Source: an uncultured Chloroflexia bacterium
Lineage (GTDB): Bacteria > Chloroflexota > Anaerolineae > Anaerolineales > UBA4823
Assembly (NCBI GenBank): GCA_963849335.1
Contig: CAWKGZ010000003.1
Span: 1,132,022 to 1,196,021 of the forward strand
Length of the DNA stretch: 64,000 bases
Direction of reading: 5' to 3'
A model generated the notes under the pieces. It had not been told where the DNA came from. It ran no database searches and was given only the letters and a program-made list of their open reading frames with translations. Made by a program: the position numbers and the translations under genes. The stretch's first letter is position 1. The number at the start of each line of letters is the position of its first letter. Shown here piece by piece: positions 19,045 through 29,018 of the stretch.

Positions 19045-21423
19045 GTGCCGCATATGTCATCCATCCTTGAACAATTCCTCCTTTTACCAGTCGTGCCGCC
19101 CGGCAGCCTGGCCTACCATGCCATCCTGGCTTTCACCATCTTTGGCGCGCTGCAGGGCGCGCTGAACAACCGCTCCACCTCTGGCAGCTCTGTTAGCCGG
19201 CGTATGACCGTTGGGCTGGTTGCCATGCTGCTCTTGCAGGTGGTGCAGTTCATTGCCGCCGGGCTGGTGTGGCAGGGGCTGGTCGCCGCCGAAAGCCTGA
19301 CGCCGGTTTTGGATCGCGCCGTCGGTCTGCTCAGCCTGCTGATCATCATCTGGCTGTGGGCCTATCCCACCACCAACCGCCTGGTCGATGCCGTGGCCGC
19401 GCTGCTCGGGCTGGTGCTGCTCGCGCTGGCTGTCTATGCTCTGGTGTGGTGGCACGCGCAGCAGCCCGCCGAAGCGGGGCTTTACTTCAACGCCTCAGCG
19501 GCAGATGTGATCGGCGGCGGGGTGGCGCTGGCGATGCTGCTGCTGGGCGTCTTCATTGTTATTATCCGCCGCCCCAATGGTTGGGGCTTTGGCCTGGCGA
19601 TGCTGCTCGGTCTGACCGCAGGGTATCTTGCCCATTGGTTTGTCCCGCTGGCGGACAATGATTTTGCCGGCGCGGTGCGGCTGGCCGAAATGGCCTTATA
19701 CCCGCTGCTGCTGGCGCTGCCGCAGCGCTTCCCCGTCGTCCGCGAAGCGGCGCCCACCCCGGTCTCCAGTGAGCCTTCCCAACGCCTTACCTTCAGCAAG
19801 GATCCCAAAGCCCAGCAAGAGCTGCTCAAGCTGTCGCTGGCTTCTTCACCCCGGCAGTTCTACCAGGACCTGGCCCGCAGCATGTCGCAGTTGATGGCTG
19901 CCGATATCTGTTTGCTCGCCTTGCCTCAGCTCAACGATCGATTTTTGATCTTCCCCGGCGGCTATAACCTGATCACGGACAGCCGCATGGATGGCTTCTC
20001 GCTTGAGCAGCGCAAGATTCCCGCCCTGGTTAATGCCTTGAACAGCAGCCAGCCGCTGCACCTCCCGGCTGGCTCTGCCGCGCCTGAGCTGCACAGCCTG
20101 GCCACTGCACTCATGGTTGACCGCGCCGGGGCGCTGCTGGCGGCGCCGGTTGTCGAAGCGAGCCAACCCCCCTTGTTAGGCATTGTCTTACTGACCGCCT
20201 ACTCCAATCACCCCTGGAGCGAGGCCGACCAGCAGTATCTGGCCGAGGCTGCCCAGGCATTGCTGCCGGTGATCCAGCGCATGCAGCACAGCGTCCAACT
20301 GGCGGAGCAGCTTGAACAATCCGCCCAGCGCATGGAAGCGCTGGATGGCGATGCCACCCAGGCGGTCAGCGAAAATGAGCAGCTCATCTCCCGGCTGGAA
20401 GCGCTGCAGATTGAGCTGTCTGAGGAGCGCCAGCGCTCGACCAGCCTGGCCGCGCTGGTATCCGAGCATGCCACGCAGCAGGATGCAATCCCTCATCTTG
20501 CACAGCCCGATCTGCTGCCGGGTAGCCTTTTGAACACCACCGCCGCGCTGGATGATGGGCAGTTGGAAAACGATTTGCGCCTGGTTTTGGAGGAAATGGC
20601 TAATTTACGCCAGTCGCTGGCCCAGGCCGACCAGAAAGTCTTAGAGCTGCAAACGCAGACCACCCAGGCAGCCGCGGCTCCCGCCTCCAATGATCGCGAG
20701 GTGGTCATCTCCATCGCCCAGGAGCTGCGCCAGCCTATGTCCTCCATCATCGGCTACATCGATCTGCTGCTAGGTGAATCGGTGGGATTGCTGGGCGCCA
20801 TGCAGCGCAAATTCCTCGAGCGGGTCAAGTCATCTTCTGAACGCATGGGCGGATTGTTGGAGGAGCTGATCCAGGTTTCCTCCCTGGATGGCCGGGTGAT
20901 GAGCATTACTCCCGTGATGGTGGACCTGAACGCGGTCATCGATGATGCCATGTCTGGCATGATCGCCCAGTTGAGCGAGAAGAATATCGCCCTGCGCGTG
21001 GATCTGCCGGACGAGCTGCCCCCTATCCAGGCCGATTTGGAGGCTTTGCAGCAGATCCTGTCGAACTTGCTCTCCAACGCCAGCCTGGCTACCCCCGCCG
21101 ATGGCGAGATCACCCTGCGCGCCCGCGTCGAAGCCAAAGAGAACGAACCCAGCTTCTTGCTGTTGCAAGTCACCGATCAGGGCGGCGGCATCCCTGCCGA
21201 GGATATGCCGCGTGTCTTCTCGCGCCTGTACCGCGCCGACAATGTGCTCATCCAGGGCATCGGCGAGACGGGGGTGGGTCTGTCCATCGTCAAGACGCTG
21301 GTTGACGCGCATGGCGGGCGCATCTGGGTGGATACCGAGATGGGCCAGGGCTCGGCCTTCAGCATTTTGCTGCCCCTCAGCCCCACCAAGACCGGGGAAC
21401 CTGCTGGAGCGCCCGCGCCATGA
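19045..21423 (+). CDS. Membrane-bound sensor histidine kinase (polytopic N-terminal domain, long coiled coil, HisKA, HATPase_c)
   Basis: 792-aa ORF (GTG 19045; alternative ATG 19054). About 6-7 hydrophobic helices lie in the first 220 aa. The H-box region is ISIAQELRQPMSSIIGYIDLL and the catalytic core is LSNLLSNASLAT...DQGGGIP...GVGLSIVKTLVDAHGGRIWVDTEMGQGS. A TATAAT box sits at 19031-19036. Confidence 0.85.
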   Translation: MPHMSSILEQFLLLPVVPPGSLAYHAILAFTIFGALQGALNNRSTSGSSVSRRMTVGLVAMLLLQVVQFIAAGLVWQGLVAAESLTPVLDRAVGLLSLLIIIWLWAYPTTNRLVDAVAALLGLVLLALAVYALVWWHAQQPAEAGLYFNASAADVIGGGVALAMLLLGVFIVIIRRPNGWGFGLAMLLGLTAGYLAHWFVPLADNDFAGAVRLAEMALYPLLLALPQRFPVVREAAPTPVSSEPSQRLTFSKDPKAQQELLKLSLASSPRQFYQDLARSMSQLMAADICLLALPQLNDRFLIFPGGYNLITDSRMDGFSLEQRKIPALVNALNSSQPLHLPAGSAAPELHSLATALMVDRAGALLAAPVVEASQPPLLGIVLLTAYSNHPWSEADQQYLAEAAQALLPVIQRMQHSVQLAEQLEQSAQRMEALDGDATQAVSENEQLISRLEALQIELSEERQRSTSLAALVSEHATQQDAIPHLAQPDLLPGSLLNTTAALDDGQLENDLRLVLEEMANLRQSLAQADQKVLELQTQTTQAAAAPASNDREVVISIAQELRQPMSSIIGYIDLLLGESVGLLGAMQRKFLERVKSSSERMGGLLEELIQVSSLDGRVMSITPVMVDLNAVIDDAMSGMIAQLSEKNIALRVDLPDELPPIQADLEALQQILSNLLSNASLATPADGEITLRARVEAKENEPSFLLLQVTDQGGGIPAEDMPRVFSRLYRADNVLIQGIGETGVGLSIVKTLVDAHGGRIWVDTEMGQGSAFSILLPLSPTKTGEPAGAPAP

Positions 21424-22352
21424 AAGATCTGCGCCAGGTCATCCTGGGTATCCTGGCGGCTTTGCTTACCACCGCACTGCTGTTCGGCAGCCTTTCCCTG
21501 GCGTTGGTCGAAGGCAACCTGCGCCGGGCGCTGGCTCCCAGCGCCACCCTGCCCGGCAGCCCTACCTCTACGCCGCCCGGCTTTACCCCTTCGGCGACCT
21601 TTACCCTGCCGCCCGGTGCGCTGACCCCTACACCCACCCAGACCCTAACCCCCACCATCACACCCACCAGCGCCTGCCCCTATCCCTCGGACTGGATCCG
21701 GATCACCATCCAACCCGGCGACACGCTGGAAAGCCTGGCGGAGCAGTACCACACCTCCCCAGAAGAACTGATCGCCAACAACTGCCTGCCGACAACTTTC
21801 CTGGTGCCAGAAAGCTTTCTGTATGTGCCCCCGCTCCCACAACCAGAGCCCACGGATACACCTACCCGCCTGCCCTGCGGCCCGTATCCCGGCTGGGTGC
21901 TCTACACCATCCGCTTGGGGGATAACCTTTATCGCCTGTCGATCTATTTCGACGTCTCCGAGTATGAACTGATGTTCGCCAACTGCCTGACCAGCTCCAA
22001 TATTACCGCCGGGGAGCTGCTCTACGTGCCCAACCTCCCCCCACCCACCCTCGTGCCCCCTCCCACCCGCACACCGACCCGCACGCCGACTGCCACCAGC
22101 ACCCTGCCGGTCTTGCCTCCAACCGATATACCCACCCTGACACCCACCGGCACGGAAACGCCTACGGAAACGCCAACGGACACACCCACGGTCACGCCTA
22201 CGGACACACCTACGGACATACCTACGGACATACCTCCTACGGAAATCCCTAATGCAACTCTAAAATCAACCAGCCTGCCGCCGTCTTATCCCAATGTGCT
22301 GATATCCTGGCTGCTCAGGCTGGTTTACCCCGGTATCTATGGAGGCCGCTAA
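21420..22352 (+). CDS. Secreted/anchored protein with two LysM domains and Pro/Thr-rich linkers
   Basis: The start overlaps the kinase stop (ATGA). An N-terminal TM/signal segment is followed by LysM-like blocks ITIQPGDTLESLAEQYHTSPEELIANNCL and YTIRLGDNLYRLSIYFDVSEYELMFANCL...GELLYVP, then (P/T)-rich repeats (TPTxTPT). Confidence 0.8.
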   Translation: MKDLRQVILGILAALLTTALLFGSLSLALVEGNLRRALAPSATLPGSPTSTPPGFTPSATFTLPPGALTPTPTQTLTPTITPTSACPYPSDWIRITIQPGDTLESLAEQYHTSPEELIANNCLPTTFLVPESFLYVPPLPQPEPTDTPTRLPCGPYPGWVLYTIRLGDNLYRLSIYFDVSEYELMFANCLTSSNITAGELLYVPNLPPPTLVPPPTRTPTRTPTATSTLPVLPPTDIPTLTPTGTETPTETPTDTPTVTPTDTPTDIPTDIPPTEIPNATLKSTSLPPSYPNVLISWLLRLVYPGIYGGR

Positions 22353-22426
22353 CGTGAGAGCATCTGAACCTGGAGCGCTGCCCGGTTCTTTGGGAACCAG
22401 GCAGCCCGGTTGAGCGTTTACCTTGT

Positions 22427-23533
22427 ATGACCATTAAAACACTGCGCGCCCTGTCTCTGCTCTTATTGTTCTGCCTGCCGTTAGCCTGCAACCTGCCGGC
22501 TTACGCGCCGGACGCTGGCTACCCCGCCCCGGCGGAAGGGCGTAATTTGCTGCTGGTGGCGCCGCCCGGTTCCACCCCCACGGCAACCCCCTTCCAACCC
22601 CTGGCGCCTACGCCTACCTACCTGCCCACCGATTTCCCCACCCCCATCCCCTCTGACACCCCCACGCCTGAGCCCGCCCAGCTGGCGCCCGCCGTCAGCC
22701 GCAGCTGGGCCGACTACCCCGGTCCTACCATCTGGCCTGACATCGAAGTGCCCGCGCCGACCGGTATCCTGGCCCATCCTGAAGGACAGGTGAACATCCT
22801 GCTGCTGGGCTCCGACCAGCGCCCCAATGACGGTGGCTTCCGCACCGATACCATCATCCTGCTGACCCTCAATCCTGCCGAGGGCACCGCCCACCTGACC
22901 TCCTTCCCCCGCGACCTGTACGTCTACATCCCCGGCTGGACGGTGCAGCGCATCAACACCGCGTTTGCTTTTGGCGGCTTCGAAGAGCTGGCGCTGACCA
23001 TGGAGTACAATTTCGGCGTCGTCCCCGACCATTATGTGATGATCAACCTGTGGTCGTTCATCGATGTGATCGACAGCCTGGGCGGGGTCGATGTCGAGGT
23101 CAGCCAAACTTTGTGCGATCACCGCGATGATCATGGCAACGTGTGCGTCTACCAGGGCACAGAGTACATGGATGGCGAGGAGGCGCTCTGGTATGTGCGC
23201 TCGCGCTACTCCACCAGCGATTTTGACCGCGGCCGCCGCCAGCAAGAGGTGATCCTGGCTGTTTTCGAAAAGCTGCTCACCATGGATGGGCTGCAGCAAG
23301 CGCCGGAGCTATATAATATTTACCGCGACAATGTGGACACCGATATGGATTTCGGCGACATGGTCGCCTATCTGCCCCTGGCGGCTGACCTGGCAATTAC
23401 GCGGGATTTTGAACGCTTTTACATCGGCCCACCCCAGGTGATAAACTGGACCAATTACTCTGGTGCCAGCGTGCTGCTTCCCATCCGCTCCGCGGTGCTG
23501 GACGTGATGCGCCAGGCATTGAATACCCCATAA
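22427..23533 (+). CDS. LytR-CpsA-Psr (LCP) family cell-envelope glycopolymer transferase
   Basis: 368-aa ORF. Signal/anchor and Pro-rich spacer, then NILLLGSDQRPNDGGFRTDTIILLTLNP...LTSFPRDLYVYIPG...RINTAFAFGG...ALWYVRSRYSTSDFDRGRRQQEVI, which are canonical LCP blocks. Confidence 0.9.
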   Translation: MTIKTLRALSLLLLFCLPLACNLPAYAPDAGYPAPAEGRNLLLVAPPGSTPTATPFQPLAPTPTYLPTDFPTPIPSDTPTPEPAQLAPAVSRSWADYPGPTIWPDIEVPAPTGILAHPEGQVNILLLGSDQRPNDGGFRTDTIILLTLNPAEGTAHLTSFPRDLYVYIPGWTVQRINTAFAFGGFEELALTMEYNFGVVPDHYVMINLWSFIDVIDSLGGVDVEVSQTLCDHRDDHGNVCVYQGTEYMDGEEALWYVRSRYSTSDFDRGRRQQEVILAVFEKLLTMDGLQQAPELYNIYRDNVDTDMDFGDMVAYLPLAADLAITRDFERFYIGPPQVINWTNYSGASVLLPIRSAVLDVMRQALNTP

Positions 23534-23551
23534 GCAACCGGAGGTCGTGGC

Positions 23552-24658
23552 ATGGATCTGCAAGGCAAAGGCTTTTTTACCTGGAAAATCCCCAACTGTG
23601 AGCATGGGGATGAGCGCAAGATCGCCAGCCTGGCGGCAGAAGCCGGCCTGACCCACCTGATCTTGAAGGTTGCCGATGGCGCCGGCGCCTATAACGGCAG
23701 TTGGGGCGAGACCAAAGATTACATCACCCCGCTGATTGCCGAGCTGCGCAGCAAAGGCATCAAGGTCTATGGCTGGCATTACCTGTACGGCAATGCGCCT
23801 GACAGCGAGGCGACCGTTGCCACCCGCCGCATCCGTCAGTTCAATCTGGACGGCTATGTGCTCGATGTCGAGAAAGAGTATAAAACCGCGGGCAAAAAAG
23901 CCGCTGCCAAACGCTTCATGGATCAACTGCGCTCGGCCTACCCGGCCCTACCGGTGGCGCTCAGCTCTTACCGCTACCCCTCGCTCCACCCCCAGGTGCC
24001 GTGGAAAGAGTTCCTCGAGCATTGTACCCTCAACATGCCGCAGGTCTACTGGATGAAGGCGCACAACCCCGGCGAGCAGCTGGTGAAGTGTGTGCGTGAG
24101 TTCCAGGCGATGACCCCCTCCCGCCCCATCTTGCCCACCGGGGCGGCATTCAGCGAGTTCGGCTGGAAGCCCAGCAGCGATGAGCTGCTGGAGTTCATGC
24201 GCACCGCCAAGGAGCTGAACCTGAGCGGGGTCAACTTCTGGGAATGGTCGGCGGCGCGCGACGGCAAGATTAGTGGGGTGTGGGACGCCATCCGCGATTA
24301 CCCCTGGGGCGGCACGCCCGCTCCCCGCGAGATCTGCGAGCGCTACATCACCGCGCTGAACAGCCACGACCCCAACGAAATGTTATCCCTGTACACCAAT
24401 ACCGCCGTGCACATCAATGCCTCTCGCTCGGTGCAGGGGCTGGACAACCTGCGCACCTGGTACACCCAGCTCTTCAACACCCTGCTCCCCGACGCCGCCT
24501 TCAAGCTGACCGGTTACTCCGGCACGGGCAACTCCCGCCACCTGACCTGGACCGCCACCTCCGCCAACGGCCGCGTCAACAACGGCAACGACACCCTCGG
24601 CCTGCAGGGCGGTAAGATCAACTACCACTACAGCTTCTTCAGCCTGCAGGCGATGTAA
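23552..24658 (+). CDS. Two-domain protein: glycoside-hydrolase-like TIM-barrel region fused to an NTF2/SnoaL-like domain
   Basis: 368-aa ORF. The N-terminal ~250 aa (LILKVADGAGAY...GIKVYGWHYLYG...DGYVLDVEKEY...NLSGVNFWEW) resemble GH-like barrel proteins. The C-terminal ~110 aa (ICERYITALNSHDPNEMLSLYTNTAVHI...) resemble SnoaL/NTF2 folds. The family assignment is tentative. Confidence 0.55.
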   Translation: MDLQGKGFFTWKIPNCEHGDERKIASLAAEAGLTHLILKVADGAGAYNGSWGETKDYITPLIAELRSKGIKVYGWHYLYGNAPDSEATVATRRIRQFNLDGYVLDVEKEYKTAGKKAAAKRFMDQLRSAYPALPVALSSYRYPSLHPQVPWKEFLEHCTLNMPQVYWMKAHNPGEQLVKCVREFQAMTPSRPILPTGAAFSEFGWKPSSDELLEFMRTAKELNLSGVNFWEWSAARDGKISGVWDAIRDYPWGGTPAPREICERYITALNSHDPNEMLSLYTNTAVHINASRSVQGLDNLRTWYTQLFNTLLPDAAFKLTGYSGTGNSRHLTWTATSANGRVNNGNDTLGLQGGKINYHYSFFSLQAM

Positions 24659-24683
24659 TTACGCAGATGGAAAGTGCCCTCAT

Positions 24684-25130
24684 GCGTAGGATGGGTTGAG
24701 GGCGGTATCTTGCAGAACGCTTGCCGGGCATAGCGCAGCCCGAAACCCATCGTCATGGCGCGCGATGACAGGGAACACGCGCTGCTCAAGCCGCGGCTTA
24801 ATCCGTGCAACCCCGCTGGGCCGGGTAGCCCTCACGCGTAGGATGGGTTGAGGGCGGTATCTTGCAGAACGCTTGCCGGGCATAGCACAGCCCGAAACCC
24901 ATCGTCATAGCGCGCGATGACAGGGAACACGCGCTGCTCAAGCCGCGGCTTAATACGTGCAACCCCGCTGGGCTGGGTAGCCCTCACGCGGTAGGATGGG
25001 TTGAGGGCGGTATCTTGCAGAACGCTTGCCGGGCATAGCACAGCCCGAAACCCATCGTCATGGCGCGGATGACAGGGAACACGCGCTGCTCAAGCCGCGG
25101 CTCAACCCGTGCAAGCCCGCTGGGCTGGAG
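24684..25130. repeat. Tandem array of three ~152-bp units between two convergent genes
   Basis: Units start at 24684, 24836 and 24988 (GCG(G)TAGGATGGGTTGAGGGCGGTATCTTGCAGAACGCTTGCCGGGCATAGC...). Each unit holds a GATGGGTT/AACCCATC stem, a GTCAT/ATGAC hairpin and the palindrome AAGCCGCGGCTT. Only a few substitutions separate the units. Confidence 0.85.
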
Positions 25131-25157
25131 GGGAGATTGGTCAATGGATTCCCAGAT

Positions 25158-26334
25158 TCACCGCATGATCATCGGCGTAAATATGAAATAATTCCCCACC
25201 GCAAACGCATCGAAACTGTCCAGCGCGAGGTGCTCGAAATCGAACAGCGCCTGGTTTTCCCACGGCGAGCCGTCCCGGTCGCGTTCGCCGACCGCGATCC
25301 AGGTGCCTTCCCAATAGAAAAAGCCCCGCCCCAGTCCGCCCGGGACATCTTCGAGCACCTGCCTCACCGCCTGCAAGAAGGCGGTTTGGCCTGCCACCGT
25401 GGCGGGATAGCCGGTCAGGAGCTGGGACTCCAACCCGATGATGTTGTCCGTCCAATCGGCCCATCCCAGTGTCCAGGGATAGGCAGTCTCGGCGAGCACG
25501 ATCGGCTTGCCATAACGGGTCGCCAGGTCATTCAGGTTAGCCTGCATTGTCTCGATCGGGCCGTGCCAGGTGCTGTAGTAAGACAGGCCGATGATGTCGA
25601 AATCGACCTCCTGGGCGAACAGCCGGTCGAAAAACCACCTCGCCCCCTCATTATCGCCGCCTTTGTCGATGTGGATCATGATCTCGGCGCTCGAGCCAGC
25701 ATCCTTGACGCCCTGGGTACCGGCTTCGATCAGCCCGGCCAACTTCGCCCACTGCTCCTCGGTGTCGAACTCCTCCGGCCACACCCGCCCATCGTCCCAC
25801 AGCATCCCCGCCGGAATCTCATTGCCGATCTGCACCATGGCAGGCGGGGTGCCCTGGGCGATCAGGTCGTGTACCACCAGGTAGGTGTAATCATGCACTG
25901 CCTGCTGTAGCTCGGTGTAGCTCAGGCTCTCCCAGGCGGCAGGCTTGGTCTGCGTGTCCGGGTCGGCCCACTCATCCGAGTAGTGGAAATCGAGCAGGAT
26001 CTTCAATCCCGCCTGCTGCGCCCGCAGCGCCAGTGCCAGCACATCCGCCTCATTGCAGTAGCCCTCATCCGGGTCGTTCCACAGCCGGAAGCGCACGAAA
26101 TTGACCCCGTTTTCGCTCAGGATTTCGAACACCTCCCCACTGCTGCCATCTCGGTGAAAGAAGCTGCCGCCTTTCTCCTCCACCCGGGTCACATAGGAGG
26201 CATCGACGCCGCGGATGAACTCGCTCGAGGGCGGACTCTTTGCCCAGACCGGTTGAGAGGCTCAAGGAGAAGAGCAGACCAAGGCAAACGAGGCCCACCA
26301 GTGCATATTTGGGGTGAGGGTTTCTGCCGGACAT
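25158..26334 (-). CDS. GH53 arabinogalactan endo-beta-1,4-galactanase with signal peptide; one frameshift near ~26260
   Basis: ORF 25158-26192 reads ...SEFIRGVDASYVTRVEEKGGSFF...VNFVRFRLWNDP...LLDFHYSDEWADPDTQTKPAAW...QIGNEI..., the GH53 signature. The signal peptide MSGRNPHPKYALVGLVCLGLLFSLSLS is in another frame, starting at ATG 26334. Confidence 0.85.
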
Positions 26335-26594
26335 TATTTGCGCTTGCGTTTCAGCAGAAAGGGATAGAGTATCGCCATCAAGATCAACCCTACCAGGGTG
26401 GAGGTCAGGATCATCGGCATAAATTTCCAAACTTGAGCATCTACCGCTTGAATCCCCTGGTTTGTTGGTAGAGCAGGTGCCACAAAATCTATTGCCTCTT
26501 CTGGCTGGGAGAGCTCGAATTGGCAGCTCGGACAGCTCCCATCCGATCTTGGTATGACTTTCATCTTACAATTTGGACAGACCACAATGTTCAT
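26334..26594 (-). CDS. Small zinc-ribbon membrane protein (86 aa)
   Basis: MNIVVCPNCKMKVIPRSDGSCPSCQFEL (CxxC...CxxC) followed by one C-terminal TM helix (MPMILTSTLVGLILMAILYPFLL) and KRKRK. The stop overlaps the GH53 start (TAATG). Confidence 0.55.
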   Translation of the reverse strand: MNIVVCPNCKMKVIPRSDGSCPSCQFELSQPEEAIDFVAPALPTNQGIQAVDAQVWKFMPMILTSTLVGLILMAILYPFLLKRKRK

Positions 26595-26824
26595 TTTTTG
26601 TCCTTCCTCATATCAAAATCTCTGACCATTATTATAGTTCACTATTATTTATCCCCCAGCCCCTCACCCCCCCCACGATCGTGCCTTTCGTGATCCAACG
26701 GTTTTTCGCCCCTCCCTCGTACGGGCGCAGGGGTGCGTTGAGAGGCGATGGTCATGGAATATCCCCCTGCGCCCCTACATATGCCGTACGCATTTCATCC
26801 CATGCACCTGAGCCGGGTTTACCC

Positions 26825-26868
26825 GGCGCCGCCTGATCTCCAGGCGCCGCCTGATCTCCAGGCGCCGC
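26825..26868. repeat. 18-bp tandem duplication (GGCGCCGCCTGATCTCCA x2.4)
   Basis: Units at 26825-26842 and 26843-26860 are identical, followed by a partial third copy. They lie inside a repeat-rich spacer. Confidence 0.8.
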
Positions 26869-26936
26869 GCCCAGCCCGGGCGTTTACGCCCGGTGCGATG
26901 CGCTGCCTGCACAAATCGGTCAACGGATGGGTAACG

Positions 26937-27034
26937 GATTAGTGGATGAATCCCCCCAAAAATCATTCGCCCCCTATTGGCGTCATTCGCGGACGATTCG
27001 CTGCGATAACAGCCGCAAACCCGATGTGTTCAAA
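26937..27034 (+). repeat. ~100-bp direct repeat, copy A (left flank of the pentapeptide-repeat gene; contains its stop codon)
   Basis: GATTAGTGGATGAATCCCCCC...CGTCATTCGCGGACGATTCGCTGCGATAACAGCCGCAAACCCGATGTGTTCAAA aligns in the same orientation with 29019-29118. The last ~55 nt have 4 mismatches. Confidence 0.8.
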
Positions 27035-28382
27035 CATCCTCGCGAGCTTTTTGTAACCTCGCAATTTCTGCGTGACTGGCGGAATTATATTTCTTTCCGT
27101 CCGTCATGATTGCGTCTTTCAGCGTTTCCGTTGTGGCAAGTTGCTCTGGAGTTACGTTCCTTGCTCTGGTTAGATTTGACCCTGTCAGGTCGGCGCCATC
27201 CAGGATAGCCTCTTTGAGATTGGCACGACTGAGGTAGGCTTTAGTCAGGTTTGCCCCAGTCAGTTCGGCTTTTTCGAGGATAGCCCCTTTGAGGTTGGCA
27301 TCGCTAAGGTAAGCCCTGGTCATGTTAGCCTCAATCAGTTCGGCTTTTTCAAGGATAGCCCCTGTCAGGTTGGCATCATTAAGATTAGCCCGATTCAGAG
27401 TGCCATGAATCAACTGTGCCTCGACAAGTCGAGCTTTGCTCAGGTTGGCATCGTGCAGCCAGGCCCAAACCAGGTAAGCACCGTTCAGGTATGCCTCGCT
27501 CAGATCAGCTTCGGTCAGGTTAGCTTTATTCAGCCTGGCCCCATTCAGGTCGGCCTTCTTCAGAGATGCCTTGTTTAGTTTGGCCTCGCTCAGGTTAGCC
27601 TTGCTAAGTTTGGCCCCGTTCAGATTGGCATTATTCAAGTCAGCCCTGCGCAGGTTGGCATCCTTCAGATCAGTCTTGATAAGGCATGCCCTGCTCAAGC
27701 TGGCCTCTCTCAGGTCGGCTTCGCTTAGTTTTGCCTCACTCAGGTCAGACCCGCTCAGGTTGGACCAACTCAGGTTGGCACTGCTAAGGTCAACCCTGCT
27801 CAGGTTAACCGTGCTCAAGTTGTCCCAACTCAGATCTGCACCATTTAACTCGGCACCTTCTAAATGAATGATCGGCTTTTCTTTATCGATCAATTTTGCT
27901 TCATTCAGATACATGATCAGCAAGCCTTTTCGAACACCATCCAAGGATCTTAGCGTTGCCAATGTTTTTGATCGTGCCAGTGCACTAACTTCTCCATCTT
28001 CTGGCGCTTCGCGGAGATTTCTTTCCAATAAAAGCTCGGTCATAGTATCGTAAAATACTTGCAGTGCTGCTTCTTGCAGCCGGTCAGTGGCAATTCCACG
28101 ATCTATCTGCGCACGTTGATTTGCAGAATCCCGGTCATTCTTGCGTATCTGCCTGCTGAACCACAAAGCAATTACCCCCAAAACTACCGGCACAATCAAC
28201 AGCTCCAGCCAATCCCAAAGCGTCTTTCCACGGTAAACGATCTGATCAGCACTCGTTTGCGATTCGACATACCCCACCACCCCAGTCCATCCCCACCCCC
28301 ACCGGGTGACGCTCATCAAGACAACCCCGCCCATTATCAATAGAGCAATAAGTATCAACAGGTATTTTTGCCAGGGTTTCAT
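27030..28382 (-). CDS. Membrane-anchored pentapeptide-repeat protein
   Basis: 450-aa ORF. Two N-terminal TM helices and a helical linker are followed by ~270 aa of uninterrupted A(D/N)LxX pentapeptides (ADLSWDNLSTVNLSRVDLSSANLSWSNLSGSDLSEAKLSEADL...). Confidence 0.9.
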   Translation of the reverse strand: MKPWQKYLLILIALLIMGGVVLMSVTRWGWGWTGVVGYVESQTSADQIVYRGKTLWDWLELLIVPVVLGVIALWFSRQIRKNDRDSANQRAQIDRGIATDRLQEAALQVFYDTMTELLLERNLREAPEDGEVSALARSKTLATLRSLDGVRKGLLIMYLNEAKLIDKEKPIIHLEGAELNGADLSWDNLSTVNLSRVDLSSANLSWSNLSGSDLSEAKLSEADLREASLSRACLIKTDLKDANLRRADLNNANLNGAKLSKANLSEAKLNKASLKKADLNGARLNKANLTEADLSEAYLNGAYLVWAWLHDANLSKARLVEAQLIHGTLNRANLNDANLTGAILEKAELIEANMTRAYLSDANLKGAILEKAELTGANLTKAYLSRANLKEAILDGADLTGSNLTRARNVTPEQLATTETLKDAIMTDGKKYNSASHAEIARLQKAREDV

Positions 28383-28925
28383 ATCTCAATCCTCCTCCCT
28401 GAGGGCTGGATTAACCGGATCACTTCCCTTTCCGGCAAGCCTAACCACGAACAGACTCCTGATTCCAACTAGCGTAAACCAGCCCTTGATGAATTGCTAT
28501 CAGTGGCTGGGATGCATCGCCATATTGATTCAAGCCTTGTCAGATGGCTTGAATGCACTTACCTTTGGTAGCATTATGGTTGTCGATATATAAATAGTAT
28601 ATATGATTTCATCTGCAGAGTCAATTGGCAATCATCAGTTTCAAGAAATTATAGTTGCCATCCCTTTTCATTCCCAGCTATCGGTAAACCCCCACCGCTG
28701 CCCTGCCCCCACCCGCTGTAGGTGGCTTCGCCTGTATAGCGGATTAGCGGATACGATGCTCGCGTAGGGTGCGTTCGCCCTTGAACGCACCGCCCTGTGT
28801 AAAACCACTGCCCCCCGAGCTCCCGGATATGCCCCAAACCCTTGGATCGCGAAACCCGCGAAAGGTCGCGAAAAACGCAAAAGGACCCCCTGCGCCCCTA
28901 CAGCGCCATGCGAGGTTGTGTGCCT

Positions 28926-28994
28926 GTTGGGTTTCGGGCTGCGTCATGAACGTTACCAGCGTCTTGCGCAAAACGCCCTCAACCGCAACCTACG
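28926..28994. repeat. Inverted partial copy of the 152-bp tandem-repeat unit
   Basis: GTTGGGTTTCGGGCTGCGTCATGAACGTTACCAGCGTCTTGCGCAAAACGCCCTCAACCGCAACCTACG matches the reverse complement of the unit core (GATGGGTTTCGGGCTGTGCTATGCCCGGCAAGCGTTCTGCAAGATACCGCCCTCAACCCATCCTACG) at both ends. Confidence 0.6.
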
Positions 28995-29018
28995 AATTCA
29001 TTAATTCAGATTAGTGCA

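Noticed and set aside
24684-25130. CRISPR array
   Set aside because: The repeats are 152 bp, directly abutting with no spacers, and no cas genes are present. ORFs 24628-24810, 24680-24883 and 24832-25041 are just translations of the repeat.
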